DNA from: Fretibacterium fastidiosum
Lineage (GTDB): Bacteria > Synergistota > Synergistia > Synergistales > Aminobacteriaceae
Assembly: GCF_964642095.1 (NCBI RefSeq)
Contig: NZ_OZ209244.1
Span: forward strand, 1,765,106-1,829,105
DNA: 64,000 nucleotides
Direction: 5' to 3'
The notes under the pieces were generated by a model. That model ran no database searches. It was not told where the DNA came from and saw only the letters and a list, made by a program, of their open reading frames with translations. This document shows, in pieces, positions 10,442 to 20,426 of the stretch. The position numbers and the translations under genes are program-made. How positions within the stretch are numbered: the first letter of the stretch is position 1; each line of letters begins with the position of its first letter.

Positions 10442-10837
10442 GTGGCGAAGAGAACGGCAGTCCGCAAGGGCAAAAAACGTGAGAAGAAGAACATAAACTA
10501 TGGAGTGGCCCACATCTACTCCACCTTTAACAACACGATCCTCTGCATCAGCGACAAGGAGGGGAACGTCATCTCCTGGTCCAGCGGCGGCAACGTGGGC
10601 TACAAGGGGACCCGCAAGTCCACCCCCTACGCGGCGCAGATCGTGGCCCAGCAGGTGGCCAAGGGCGCTCAGGATCATGGCGTGCAGGAGATCGACGTCA
10701 TCGTCAAGGGCCCCGGCCCCGGCCGCGAGTCCGCGATCCGCTCCCTGCAAGCGGCGGGACTTCAGGTCAACCTCATCAAGGATACGACCCCCATTCCTCA
10801 CAACGGCTGCCGGCCGCCGAAAAGACGCCGCGTCTAA
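10442..10837 (+). CDS. rpsK: 30S ribosomal protein S11
   Basis: GTG start. [13 protein letters not shown]...SWSSGG. 131 aa. Confidence 0.93.
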   Translation: MAKRTAVRKGKKREKKNINYGVAHIYSTFNNTILCISDKEGNVISWSSGGNVGYKGTRKSTPYAAQIVAQQVAKGAQDHGVQEIDVIVKGPGPGRESAIRSLQAAGLQVNLIKDTTPIPHNGCRPPKRRRV

Positions 10838-10919
10838 CCGCCCCTTGATCGGCGGCTGGAAGTTGATGGGCGCGATTGAATGCGGCCCCTGGCGTCTGCG
10901 AAGAATAGGAGCGTAAACT

Positions 10920-11921
10920 ATGTTGGAAACCTTGGAGATCTTGCGCCCGGTGCTTAAGCTGGAGGAGAACACTCCGACTTACGGGCGCCTGTACCTGGAG
11001 CCCCTGGAACGCGGGTATGGAATGACGTTGGGAAATGCGCTTCGAAGGGTGCTCCTCTCTTCGATCCGGGGCGCTGCGATCACGTCGGTGCGCATTGACG
11101 GGGTGCTGCACGAGTTCAGCACGGTCCCTGGCGTGCGGGAGGATGTGATGGAGATCCTGATGAACCTGAAGCACATCCCCGTCCGCTCCAAGAGCAAGGA
11201 GGTTCGCGTGGTCTCCCTGGACGTTGAGAGGGCGGGGCTCGTGACGGCCGGAGACATCCCGGAGAACGGCGAGATCGAGTTTATCGACCCGAACGCGAAG
11301 ATCTGCACCATGGAGGAGGGGGCCCACCTCAGCATGGAGCTCTACATCGAGCAGGGGACGGGCTACCTCTCCGCCGAGCGCCCCAGGCCGGCCTATCTCC
11401 CCGTGGACGCGCTGCTTACGGACGCGATCTTCTCCCCCGTGCTCCGCGTGAACTACGGCGTGGAGGCGGCGCGGGTCGGGCAGAGGACCGACTTTGAACG
11501 GCTGGCGATGGACGTCTGGACCAATGGGATCATCGCCCCGGACGCGGCGGTGGGCGAGGCGGCCCAGATCATCGAGAAGTGTTTCAGCTACATCGTGGCC
11601 AGCGTCGGCCAGGCCGGGCCGGACGGCGTCGGAGGCGGCGCCTACGACATCGACCTGGGCGCGGACAGGAGGATCGGGCCGGCGGGGAACGAGGAACTTC
11701 TTGCCAGGCCGGTCCGCGAGCTGGAGCTCTCCATACGCAGCGAGAACTGCCTGCTGCGGGGTGGGGTCCAGACGATTGGGGATCTTCTTCAGAAATCCCG
11801 CGAGGACCTCTTGAAGATCCGCAACCTCGGAAAGATATCTCTGACCGAGATTGAGGAAAAACTGGAAAGCGCGGGGTTAAAGCTGCGCGAGAAAAAGGAA
11901 AAAGCAGGTAAGGAGGATTAA
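10920..11921 (+). CDS. rpoA: DNA-directed RNA polymerase subunit alpha
   Basis: 333 aa. Has N-terminal assembly domain and alpha-CTD. No rpsD between rpsK and rpoA. Confidence 0.93.
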   Translation: MLETLEILRPVLKLEENTPTYGRLYLEPLERGYGMTLGNALRRVLLSSIRGAAITSVRIDGVLHEFSTVPGVREDVMEILMNLKHIPVRSKSKEVRVVSLDVERAGLVTAGDIPENGEIEFIDPNAKICTMEEGAHLSMELYIEQGTGYLSAERPRPAYLPVDALLTDAIFSPVLRVNYGVEAARVGQRTDFERLAMDVWTNGIIAPDAAVGEAAQIIEKCFSYIVASVGQAGPDGVGGGAYDIDLGADRRIGPAGNEELLARPVRELELSIRSENCLLRGGVQTIGDLLQKSREDLLKIRNLGKISLTEIEEKLESAGLKLREKKEKAGKED

Positions 11922-11924
11922 CCT

Positions 11925-12284
11925 ATGAGACACCGTGTGGATCATAGAACGCTCGGCCGATACGGCAGCCACAGGATGGCGATGTTGGGCAACATGGCGG
12001 CCAGCCTGTTCCTGAGCGGACAGGTCAGGACCACCGTCACCCGCGCCAAGGAGCTTCGCCGCGTTGCCGAGAAGCTCATCACCCGCGCTCGCGGCGGCTC
12101 GGTGCACGACATTCGCGTCGTGTTCTCCCGTATGCCCCACAAGGAGGCCGCGACGAAGCTCTTCAAGGAGGTGGCCCCCCGCTACATGTCCTTCGACAAG
12201 GGCGGCTACACCCGCATCGTCAAGTTGGGCGTCCGCGCGGGCGACGGCTCCGAGATGGCCGTCGTCCAGCTGATCGAGAAGTAA
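11925..12284 (+). CDS. rplQ: 50S ribosomal protein L17
   Basis: MRHRVDHRTLGR...119 aa. Confidence 0.93.
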   Translation: MRHRVDHRTLGRYGSHRMAMLGNMAASLFLSGQVRTTVTRAKELRRVAEKLITRARGGSVHDIRVVFSRMPHKEAATKLFKEVAPRYMSFDKGGYTRIVKLGVRAGDGSEMAVVQLIEK

Positions 12285-12302
12285 GCGCGCCGTCCTTGAA
12301 CC

Positions 12303-14054
12303 TTGAACGGATCGAAGGCCTCCCACCCGCCCATGCTTGAGCTGCGCTCCGTCTCCTTTTCCTACGACGGAGCGCGCCAGGCGCTCGAGGACGTCTCACT
12401 CAGGGTCGGCCGCGGCGAGAGGGTCGCCGTCCTGGGCCACAACGGGTCCGGAAAATCGACGCTCGTCAAGATCATGGGCGCCCTGCAGGTTCCATCGCGG
12501 GGCGCCTGTTTTATATCCGGACGCGACGCGCAGGACCTCCCCTTCCGGGAGCTGCGGGGGCTGGTGGGGGTCGTCTTTCAGGACCCGGAGAACCAGATCG
12601 TCGGGGCGGTGGTGGAGGACGACGCAGCCTTTGCGCCGGAGAATCAGGGCCTGCCCCCGCAGGAGATTCAGGCCCGCGTGGACTGGGCCCTCGAAAGGGT
12701 CGGGATGCGGCACAAGCGCAGGGCGATGGTCTCCGCCCTGTCGGGCGGGGAGAAGCAGCGCGTCGCGCTGGCCGGAGCCCTGGCCGCCCGCGTGCGCTGT
12801 CTGATCCTGGACGAGCCGACCTCGATGCTGGACCCGGAGGGGCGCCTGGAGGTGGAGGAGGTCCTGCGGCGGGTACACGCTTCGGGCGTCACCCTGATCC
12901 AGGTAACGCACCAGCTGGAGAACTTCGAGGACGTGGATCGGGTCCTGCTGTTGTCCAGGGGCCGCCTTGCCTGGCAGGGGCCACCCGATGCGTTCTGGTC
13001 CATGGCGGAGTCGCTGGGGTTCGAGCTCCCTCCCCTTCGTCGGCTGACGGAGAGGCTTCGGAAGCTGGGCCTTGACGTTCCGTCGGCCGACGCCGAGGTC
13101 ATCTGCCGCGCGCTGGAGGGGCGGGTGGGGAACCTGCCTCGGTGGCGCGATGGGGTTTCCCCGGCCGGGCGGACGCCCTTCATCGAGGTGCGCCGCCTCG
13201 CCTTTCGCTTTGACGACGGATCGGACGGCGTGGCGGCGCTCTCGGACGTCTCCGTTGATGTGCCCCAAGGCGGCTGGCTCTCCATCGTCGGGCGGACGGG
13301 GAGCGGGAAGTCCACCCTCGCACAGCACATGAACGGCCTCTACAGGGTTCAGGCCGGCCGCATCCTCCTGGAGGGGGAGCCCCTGCCCCAGAGCGGGGAG
13401 GCGCTTTACCGCTTGAGGCAGCGCGTGGGCCTCGTCTTCCAGATGCCAGAGAGGCAGCTGTTCTCGCCCACCGTCCGCGAGGAGCTGGCCTTTGCGCCGG
13501 CGAACGCGGGGTTCGAGGGGGAGGCGCTCGACGAGGCCGTCCTTGGGGCGCTCAGGGCCGTGGGGCTGAGGGAAGACTTCCTGTCCCGAAGCCCGTTCCA
13601 GCTTTCGGGAGGGGAGCAGCGGCTGACGGCCATCGCCTCGACGCTGGCCGCCGGGCCCGACTGCGTCGTCCTGGACGAGCCCCTGGCGGGGCTGGACGCC
13701 GCCTACCGCCGCGGCATCCTGGCCCTTCTGACGCGGCTGCGAGACGAGGGCAGGAGCGTCGTCACCATCACCCACGACCTGGACATGGCGCTCTGCTTCA
13801 GCGACCGGGTGCTGGTCATGGACGGGGGGCGGAGCCTGGCGGAGGGCACGCCGCAGGAGGTGCTGCCGTCCCTGATGGAGGCGCTCCGGCCCGACGTGTG
13901 GCCGGGGGCCCTTCAGGTGTCCGCCCGCCTCCGGGCGCGGCATCCGTCCTTCCCCCTGGTCTGGCGGGTCGAGGCGCTGTGGGACCTCCTGAGGCAGGGG
14001 TTCTCCCCCGACTTTGAGCGCCCGTCCCCATCGTCGGCGAGAGGGGGAGCTTGA
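12303..14054 (+). CDS. ecfA: ECF transporter ATPase, fused EcfA1-EcfA2 (two ABC nucleotide-binding domains in one 583-aa polypeptide; alternative ATG start at 12333)
   Basis: Two Walker A sites (GHNGSGKST, GRTGSGKST). Two signature motifs (LSGGEKQR, LSGGEQR). Canonical position after rplQ and before ecfT-truA. Confidence 0.8.
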   Translation: MNGSKASHPPMLELRSVSFSYDGARQALEDVSLRVGRGERVAVLGHNGSGKSTLVKIMGALQVPSRGACFISGRDAQDLPFRELRGLVGVVFQDPENQIVGAVVEDDAAFAPENQGLPPQEIQARVDWALERVGMRHKRRAMVSALSGGEKQRVALAGALAARVRCLILDEPTSMLDPEGRLEVEEVLRRVHASGVTLIQVTHQLENFEDVDRVLLLSRGRLAWQGPPDAFWSMAESLGFELPPLRRLTERLRKLGLDVPSADAEVICRALEGRVGNLPRWRDGVSPAGRTPFIEVRRLAFRFDDGSDGVAALSDVSVDVPQGGWLSIVGRTGSGKSTLAQHMNGLYRVQAGRILLEGEPLPQSGEALYRLRQRVGLVFQMPERQLFSPTVREELAFAPANAGFEGEALDEAVLGALRAVGLREDFLSRSPFQLSGGEQRLTAIASTLAAGPDCVVLDEPLAGLDAAYRRGILALLTRLRDEGRSVVTITHDLDMALCFSDRVLVMDGGRSLAEGTPQEVLPSLMEALRPDVWPGALQVSARLRARHPSFPLVWRVEALWDLLRQGFSPDFERPSPSSARGGA

Positions 14055-14842
14055 GTTTGCGTTTTTCCTCCATGGTCATGGGGCAGTACGTCCCCACCGA
14101 TTCCATCGTTCACAGGCTGGACCCCAGGGCGAAGCTCCTGGGGCTCCTGTGCCTCGTGTCCGGGGCCTTCGCCGCGGGGGACGCCCCCGCCGTGGCCCTC
14201 TCTACCCTGACGTTCGCGGCTCTCCTCCGCCTCTCGCGCCTGTCGCTCGCGGCCGTGCTGCGCTCCGCCCGCCCCGTCTTCTTCCTCGTCGCCTTCACCT
14301 TCGCCTTCAGCGTGGCCTCGATCTGGCTGGGGGAGGGCGACCTCCTCCTGGGCCTGCGGACGGGGGGATTCAGCGCCTTCCGCCTCCTGATCCTCATGCT
14401 CTTCGCCGTGCTCCTCCCCCTGACGACGGCGCCCTTGGAGATGGCGGACGGGCTTGAGGAACTCCTGAGCCCCCTCGCCCGGCTGGGATTCCCCGCCGGC
14501 GAGTGCGCGATGATGGTGGGCATGGCCCTCCGCTTTATCCCCCTCCTCATGGAGGAGACGGACCGCATCATGCGCGCGCAGATCTCCCGCGGGGCCCGGC
14601 TGGACCAGGGAGGGGTCCTTCGCCGCATCGTGGCCTTCTTCCCCGTGCTCATCCCGCTCTTCGTCATCGTCTTCCGCAGGGCGGACGACATCGCGCTGGC
14701 CATGGAGGCCAGGGGCTACGGGGGCGGGGCGGGAAGGACGAGACGGCGCCCTTTGCACTGGAAAAAAAGCGACACAGGCGCTACAATCTTATGTGCGTGT
14801 TTTGCCGCCTCGCTCCTCCTGTGGAGGGCGTTTCGCGGCTGA
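14051..14842 (+). CDS. ecfT: ECF transporter transmembrane T component (CbiQ family); in-frame ATGs at 14072/14078 are alternative starts
   Basis: Polytopic membrane protein. ...GQYVPTDSIVHRLDPRAKLL... typical EcfT N-terminus. Confidence 0.8.
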   Translation: MSLRFSSMVMGQYVPTDSIVHRLDPRAKLLGLLCLVSGAFAAGDAPAVALSTLTFAALLRLSRLSLAAVLRSARPVFFLVAFTFAFSVASIWLGEGDLLLGLRTGGFSAFRLLILMLFAVLLPLTTAPLEMADGLEELLSPLARLGFPAGECAMMVGMALRFIPLLMEETDRIMRAQISRGARLDQGGVLRRIVAFFPVLIPLFVIVFRRADDIALAMEARGYGGGAGRTRRRPLHWKKSDTGATILCACFAASLLLWRAFRG

Positions 14843-14894
14843 GGTACGGGTGCGGACCGCAGACCGCGGGCGCCCAGGGGAGGGAGGGCTCTCG

Positions 14895-15722
14895 GTGACG
14901 GAATGGCGGTACGCCGTTCAGCTGGCCTACGTTGGGAGCCGCTACTGCGGCTGGCAGCGTCAGGCGGACGCGATGGGCGTTCAGGAGGCCCTGGAAACCG
15001 CCCTGTCGCGCCTCTCGCCCGCGCCCGTCAAGGTCACGGGAGCGGGCCGCACGGACCGGGGCGTCCACGCCCTGGGGCAGGTGGCGTCCTTCGCCCTCGG
15101 CCGGAGGTGGCGGGAGGAGCGGCTGCGCCTCGCGGTGAACTTTCATCTGCCGGAGGACGTCCGCGTGATGAGGCTCTTCTCCGTGCCCCCGTCCTTCAGC
15201 GCCCGTTACAGCGCGCTCTGGCGCGAGTACCGCTACTTCGTGTGGCACGGCTGGGTCTGCCCGCCCCACATGAACGGCCTCGTCTGGTGGAGGACGGCCC
15301 CCTGGGACACGGACCTCGCACGGGACGCCTGCCGCGCGCTGGAGGGGGAGCACGATTTCCGCGCCTTCTGTCAGACGGGGGAGTGCCCGGAACGGAGCGT
15401 GCGGAGGCTCGACCGCGTCCGGCTCCAGCGGTGGGGACCGATGACGGTGCTGACGGTTCGGGCGCCGTCGTTCTTGATGAACATGGTGCGCATCATCGCG
15501 GGCAGCGTCGATGCCGTGGCGCGGGGGGAACGCCCCCTGGCCTGGCTGGAGAGCCTGCTGCAGGGGGCGCCGCGAAAGGACGCGGCCATGACCGCCCCGG
15601 CCTGTGGGCTGTGGTTCTGGCGCGCGGCCTATCGGGAGATTCCGCTCCTGCCGCCCATGGGCGGAGAGGGCGCGTTCTTCGGCCCCTGGCCGTCCGACCT
15701 GAATGAGGACGAGGACGGATAG
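14895..15722 (+). CDS. truA: tRNA pseudouridine(38-40) synthase TruA
   Basis: VTEWRYAVQLAYVGSRYCGWQRQ...GAGRTDRGVHALGQV includes the catalytic Asp context. GTG at 14895 chosen. The upstream part of the listed 14793 ORF overlaps ecfT. Confidence 0.85.
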   Translation: MTEWRYAVQLAYVGSRYCGWQRQADAMGVQEALETALSRLSPAPVKVTGAGRTDRGVHALGQVASFALGRRWREERLRLAVNFHLPEDVRVMRLFSVPPSFSARYSALWREYRYFVWHGWVCPPHMNGLVWWRTAPWDTDLARDACRALEGEHDFRAFCQTGECPERSVRRLDRVRLQRWGPMTVLTVRAPSFLMNMVRIIAGSVDAVARGERPLAWLESLLQGAPRKDAAMTAPACGLWFWRAAYREIPLLPPMGGEGAFFGPWPSDLNEDEDG

Positions 15723-15870
15723 GGTTGGGAGCAGGGGCTTTGGCGTGCCCGTCGAACCTCCCCCGGAGCGGCCGGGCACGGCCGGCACCGTGATGGATGC
15801 ACGAAATTTGAAGGATCGCGTTCCAACGAGGGAGCGCTTGTGAGGAGAGGACTCCCGAGGGGGTTAGGCG

Positions 15871-16923
15871 ATGTTTGGGACGGATATCGGTATCGATCTG
15901 GGGACCGCGACGGTCCTGATCTACGAGAGGAAACACGGCGTCGTGCTGCGGGAGCCGTCGGTGGTGGCGGTGGATCAGGACACGGGCAACATCCTGGCCG
16001 TGGGTTACGAAGCGAAGAACATGGTGGGCCGCACGCCGGGGAGCATCGTCTCCGTGCGCCCGCTCCGCGACGGGGTGATCGCGAACTACTCCATGACCGA
16101 GGCGATGCTGCAGCACTTCATGCGCCGCGTGACGAAGGGATGGCAGCGTTTCTTCCGCAACCGCGTCATGATCTGCGTGCCGTCCGGCGCGACGGACGTG
16201 GAGCGGCGTGCCGTGCTGGAGGCGGCCCTCGAGGTGGGGGCCAGCGAGGCCTACCTCATCGAGGAGCCCATGGCCGCGGCCATCGGGGCGAGCCTCAACG
16301 TGGAGGAGGCCCGCGGCAAGATGCTGGTGGACATCGGCGGAGGGACGACGGACATCGCCGTGATCTCCCTGGGGGGTGTGGTCGTCTCGAAGTCCCTGCG
16401 CCTCGGCGGCGACAAGTTCGACGAAGGGATCATGCGCTACCTTCGCCGGCAGTACAACCTGGCGATCGGCGAGCAGACGGCAGAGAACCTAAAGATCATG
16501 ATTGGCACCTGCGTCCCGCTGGAGGAGGACCAGCGCATGGTGATCAAGGGACGGGACCTGGTGCAGGGCCTGCCCCGCCAGGTCGAGGTGACCAGCTCCG
16601 CCGTCAACATGGCGATCGGCGAGATGGTCCAGACCCTTGTGGACGGCGTGAGGAACGTTTTGGAGCTAACGCCCCCGGAGCTTTCAGCCGACATCATAGA
16701 CAGGGGCATCGTGCTGACCGGCGGCGGCTCCCTCCTGCGGGGCCTGCCGGAGCTGGTGGCCCAGCAGACGGGCATCAACTGCTTCACGGCGGAGAACCCG
16801 ATGGAGTCGGTGGCCCTGGGGACGGGGCGGGCGCTGGCGGAGATCGACAGCCTGCGGAAGCTCCGGCAGAAGCGGGATCCTGGTGAACCTCAAGAAGGGG
16901 CGCCGGCGTCGTTATTGACTTAG
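15871..16923 (+). CDS. mreB: rod-shape determining actin homolog MreB/Mbl
   Basis: MFGTDIGIDLGTATVLIY...350 aa actin-fold ATPase. Sits directly upstream of flgF/flgG, like B. subtilis mbl-flhO-flhP. Confidence 0.9.
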   Translation: MFGTDIGIDLGTATVLIYERKHGVVLREPSVVAVDQDTGNILAVGYEAKNMVGRTPGSIVSVRPLRDGVIANYSMTEAMLQHFMRRVTKGWQRFFRNRVMICVPSGATDVERRAVLEAALEVGASEAYLIEEPMAAAIGASLNVEEARGKMLVDIGGGTTDIAVISLGGVVVSKSLRLGGDKFDEGIMRYLRRQYNLAIGEQTAENLKIMIGTCVPLEEDQRMVIKGRDLVQGLPRQVEVTSSAVNMAIGEMVQTLVDGVRNVLELTPPELSADIIDRGIVLTGGGSLLRGLPELVAQQTGINCFTAENPMESVALGTGRALAEIDSLRKLRQKRDPGEPQEGAPASLLT

Positions 16924-17132
16924 GGAAGCGCTGCTTAAAAAGTTGTTGAAAGCAATCAAGGAGCGTCAAACGAAGGGTATCCCTCAGCGCTTCCCTAAAA
17001 TTTTAAAATGGGGCTACGCCCCAATCCCCACGCGCTTCGCGCGGTCTGATGGGGTTCCAGGCGCTAAGGGGAGACAATACGGTTGACAGTTCTCAACGAC
17101 TTAGGCAATGTTTCCTTAGGGGGCGTGATCTT

Positions 17133-17939
17133 TTGAACCGAGGGCTCTACGCGGCCTGTTCCGCCATGTTGGTGCAGGAGACGAACCTGGACGTGACCAC
17201 GAACAACCTGGCCAACGCGGACACGAGCGGCTACAGAAAGCGGGTTTCGACAAACGCGGAGTTCAGCGCCTACATGGACCGTCACGAGAAGGTCTCGGAG
17301 GACGCCGAGACGAAGATCATGACGGCGCCGCCCTTCACCATGAACTGGAAGGGCAGGCAGACGATCGGCACCCTGGCCCTGGCGACCGTCTACTCCGAGG
17401 ACGTCACGGACATCCGGCCCGGCGTGGTGAAGACGACGGACGACCCCCTGGAGCTTGCCATCGACGGCGACGGCTTTTTCGCCGTGCAGGACAGCAGGGG
17501 CAACACCTTCTACACCCGCGCCGGCAACTTCACGCTGGATAGCGAGGGCGTCATCATCACGCACAACGGCATGACGCTCCAGGGCGAGGGCGGCGGCATC
17601 GAGGTGGGGCAGGCCACGAGCGTGTCCGTCACCCGGACGGGACAGGTCGTCGCGGACGGCGAGGCCGTGGGGGCCATTCCCCTCTACACCTTCCAGAACC
17701 CGACGTACCTGCGGCAGGCGGGGCAGAACCTCCTTCAGCCCACGGTGCAGTCCGGGGACCCGGAGGCCGTGGAAAACGCCCGCCTCATCTCGGCCGCGCT
17801 GGAGCAGTCGAACGTCAGCGTCGTCGAGGAGATGGTGCGGATGACCGAGGCCCAGAGGGCCTACGAGGCAGCCTCCAAGGCCCTGATGACCCACGACGAG
17901 CAGACGGGAAAGCTGATCACGTCCTACAGCAGAGGATAG
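17133..17939 (+). CDS. flgF: flagellar basal-body rod protein FlgF/FlgG family (FlhO-like)
   Basis: TTG at 17133 preceded by TAGGGGG. LNRGLYAACSAMLVQETNLDVTTNNLANADTSGY... N-terminal rod motif. C-terminal ...VEEMVRMTEAQRAYEA. Confidence 0.8.
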   Translation: MNRGLYAACSAMLVQETNLDVTTNNLANADTSGYRKRVSTNAEFSAYMDRHEKVSEDAETKIMTAPPFTMNWKGRQTIGTLALATVYSEDVTDIRPGVVKTTDDPLELAIDGDGFFAVQDSRGNTFYTRAGNFTLDSEGVIITHNGMTLQGEGGGIEVGQATSVSVTRTGQVVADGEAVGAIPLYTFQNPTYLRQAGQNLLQPTVQSGDPEAVENARLISAALEQSNVSVVEEMVRMTEAQRAYEAASKALMTHDEQTGKLITSYSRG

Positions 17940-18001
17940 CGGAGGACGATTCGGGAAGCGCCGCAGGGCGTTTCCGTGACCCGAAAAAGGGGGATGCAAC
18001 G

Positions 18002-18808
18002 ATGTTACGAGCGCTCTGGAGCAGCGCGTCCGGCATGATCGCCCAACAGACGAACCTGGACGTCGTCTCGCACAACCTCGCGAACGTCAACACGCAGGGG
18101 TACAAGAAGCGCAGGGCCGACTTCGAGGACCTGCTCTATCAGGTGTGGCGCGAGCCGGGGACGCCCGTGGAGCCGAACTCCACCGTGCCGACGGGCGTGC
18201 AGGTTGGGCTTGGAACGCGTGTCACCGCCACGCCGAGCTTCATGACGCAGGGCCACTTTCAGATCACGGACAACAAGATGGACTGGGCCATCGCAGGACA
18301 GACCATGGCGGGGGAGAACGCCTTCTTTCAGGTGACCCAGCAGGACGGCACGATCGCCTACACCCGCGCCGGCGCGTGGGAGATCGACGGCGACGGCCAG
18401 ATCGTCAGCGAGGACGGGCTTTTGCTGGAGCCGGCCATGGTGGTCCCGGAGAACGCCACCTCCGTGCAGCTGACCCGGACGGGCCGCGTGATGGTGACGA
18501 TCCCCGGCCAGACGGAGCCGCAAGAGATCGGCCAGCTGGAGCTGGCGCGCTTCATCAACCCCGCGGGGCTTCGGGCCCTGGGCGACCGCCTCTTCCTGGA
18601 GACGAGCGCGAGCGGCGCGCCCATCGTGGGGCAGCCGGGGCAGAACGGGATGCCCACGGTGCGCCAGGGCGTGCTGGAGATGTCCAACGTGCAGGTGGTG
18701 GAGGAGATGGTGGGCATGATCATCGCCCAGAGGGCCTACGAGGCGAACTCCAAGGGGATTCAGACGGCGGATGAGCTCCTGCGGATCGCCAACGGCTTGA
18801 AGCGCTAG
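18002..18808 (+). CDS. flgG: flagellar basal-body rod protein FlgG
   Basis: MLRALWSSASGMIAQQTNLDVVSHNLANVNTQGYKKRRADFEDLLYQ...C-terminal ...EMSNVQVVEEMVGMIIAQRAYEANSK. Confidence 0.88.
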   Translation: MLRALWSSASGMIAQQTNLDVVSHNLANVNTQGYKKRRADFEDLLYQVWREPGTPVEPNSTVPTGVQVGLGTRVTATPSFMTQGHFQITDNKMDWAIAGQTMAGENAFFQVTQQDGTIAYTRAGAWEIDGDGQIVSEDGLLLEPAMVVPENATSVQLTRTGRVMVTIPGQTEPQEIGQLELARFINPAGLRALGDRLFLETSASGAPIVGQPGQNGMPTVRQGVLEMSNVQVVEEMVGMIIAQRAYEANSKGIQTADELLRIANGLKR

Positions 18809-18821
18809 CGCGGAGGGGACC

Positions 18822-19814
18822 GTGTCCTGTCCTTCAGGGCGGAGGCCTCTCCGCCTTTTTTTTATCCGAGCGGCGTTTGGGAGCTGTCTTTCGGCCCTGT
18901 CCCTCCTCATCTGCCTCGCCCTGTGCGCCCCCGCGGCACAGGGGGCCCATGGCCTCAGCGTGCGCGTCACCCTTCCCGCCGTCCTCCACACGGCGGACAG
19001 CGCGTTCACGCTGGGGGAGGTGGCCGGGATCGAGGGGCCACAGGACGCGAAGGAGGCCCTGTCCGCCCTGCTCCTGTCCGAGGAGGGTGGAGTGCTCACG
19101 CGGGAGCAGGTGCTTCAGGCCATCCGGGCCAGCGGGCTTGAGGGCGTTCGTGTGGAGCTCACCATGCCCGCCGTGGTGCGGGTGGAGCCTTCGGGGGGCG
19201 AGGTCGGCGCCCCTCAGGCCCCCGCCCCCCGCTCTGACGTTTCCCTGTCATCTATGATAAAATCACTGGCAGGGTGGGACGGCGCGGTGGAGGTCGCCGC
19301 TTCGGGCCCCGTCCCGGCGGGACGCCTCGTGGCGCCGGCCTCGATGGTGCCGGGGACGCCGGCGGCGACCCTGCGGTTTCAGGACGAGGCGGGGCGGCTG
19401 CGCTCGCTGGCCGTGCGGATGACGTGGCGCCAGGACGTTCAGGTCGCGGCGCGGACCCTTCAGAGGGGGCGGCCGATCCGGCAGCAGGACCTCATGACGC
19501 GCCAGGTGCAGATCGCCCGTCCGGGCGTCTACGCCGAGCGGGCGGAGCAGGTTTTGGGCTTTATCCCGCGCCGGACCCTGAATCAGGGGGAGCCCGTTCT
19601 TCTGGAGCTCCTGACCTCTCCGACCCTCGTCAGGAAGGGACGGCCGGTGAAGGTGGTGGCCCGGCTGGCCGGCCTCACGGCGACGGCAGAGGGCGTGCTT
19701 CTGGACGACGGCGAGCCGGGGGACGTGGTCCGCGTGCGGCGGACGGACCGGAAGAACGCGGTTTTGGAAGCGCGAATCATTGATGAGAACACGGTGGAGG
19801 TGACGGTCCCATGA
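18822..19814 (+). CDS. flgA: flagellar basal-body P-ring formation chaperone FlgA
   Basis: GTG start after GGAGGGG. Signal peptide. C-terminal SAF domain (...IRQQDLMTRQV...GEPV...KGRPVKVVA...). Confidence 0.7.
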   Translation: MSCPSGRRPLRLFFIRAAFGSCLSALSLLICLALCAPAAQGAHGLSVRVTLPAVLHTADSAFTLGEVAGIEGPQDAKEALSALLLSEEGGVLTREQVLQAIRASGLEGVRVELTMPAVVRVEPSGGEVGAPQAPAPRSDVSLSSMIKSLAGWDGAVEVAASGPVPAGRLVAPASMVPGTPAATLRFQDEAGRLRSLAVRMTWRQDVQVAARTLQRGRPIRQQDLMTRQVQIARPGVYAERAEQVLGFIPRRTLNQGEPVLLELLTSPTLVRKGRPVKVVARLAGLTATAEGVLLDDGEPGDVVRVRRTDRKNAVLEARIIDENTVEVTVP

Positions 19815-20413
19815 AGATTTGCTTTAGGCAGGGGAGGGGCGCTGCGCTCACGGCCCTTGCGCTCTGCGCCCTTTTGGGGACGTTCCTTGCCGGGGCGGCC
19901 GACGCCGCCTCGCTGTGGGACGACCGGACGAACTGGATCGTTGACGTGCGACCGGGGCGAGTGGGGGACGTGGTGACCGTCCTGGTGAACGAGAGGACGA
20001 ACGCCAAGGACGAGGCGACGATGGACCTCAAGAAGTCCTCCAGCAATTCCGTCAGCGACGGGACGGGCATCCTGAAGTTCATTCGGGCTCTCTCCCTGAC
20101 CAGCAAGAACAGCAGCGCCGGCGATGGCTCCTTCGAACGGAAGCACCACGCCACGGCCACGGTGGCCTGTCTTGTGACCGAGGTACTGCCGAACGGGAAC
20201 CTGGTCATCGAGGGGACGCGCGACGTCCGCACGAGCGAGGAAACTTTGCAAATTCAGCTGGTGGGCGTCATCCGCCCCCAGGACGTCAACAGCGACAACC
20301 AGATCAACAGCTCTCTCGTGGCCAACGCGGAGCTGGCGGTCAAGGGGCGCGGCGCCATCGCCCGCACCCAGAAGCCGGGGATCATCTCACAGATCCTGCA
20401 GGCCGTGTTCTAA
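19811..20413 (+). CDS. flgH: flagellar L-ring protein FlgH
   Basis: 200 aa. Signal peptide. VGDVVTVLVNERTNAKDEA...NGNLVIEGTRDV typical FlgH. Confidence 0.85.
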   Translation: MKICFRQGRGAALTALALCALLGTFLAGAADAASLWDDRTNWIVDVRPGRVGDVVTVLVNERTNAKDEATMDLKKSSSNSVSDGTGILKFIRALSLTSKNSSAGDGSFERKHHATATVACLVTEVLPNGNLVIEGTRDVRTSEETLQIQLVGVIRPQDVNSDNQINSSLVANAELAVKGRGAIARTQKPGIISQILQAVF

Positions 20414-20426
20414 GGAGAAGCGGCGA

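Noticed and set aside
12396-13943. 515-aa minus-strand ORF and several alternative-frame ORFs inside the fused ecfA gene
   Set aside because: They are antisense or out-of-frame to a gene with two complete ABC ATPase signatures. The products are low-complexity.
14014-15788. Multiple overlapping ORFs in all frames across ecfT/truA (e.g. 14903-15706 +, 14781-15788 -)
   Set aside because: They are out-of-frame relative to recognisable EcfT and TruA sequences and are Arg/Gly/Pro-rich GC artifacts.
15840-16886. 348-aa +2-frame ORF overlapping mreB
   Set aside because: The MreB frame has clear actin-fold motifs. The overlapping frame is a Gly/Arg-rich artifact.
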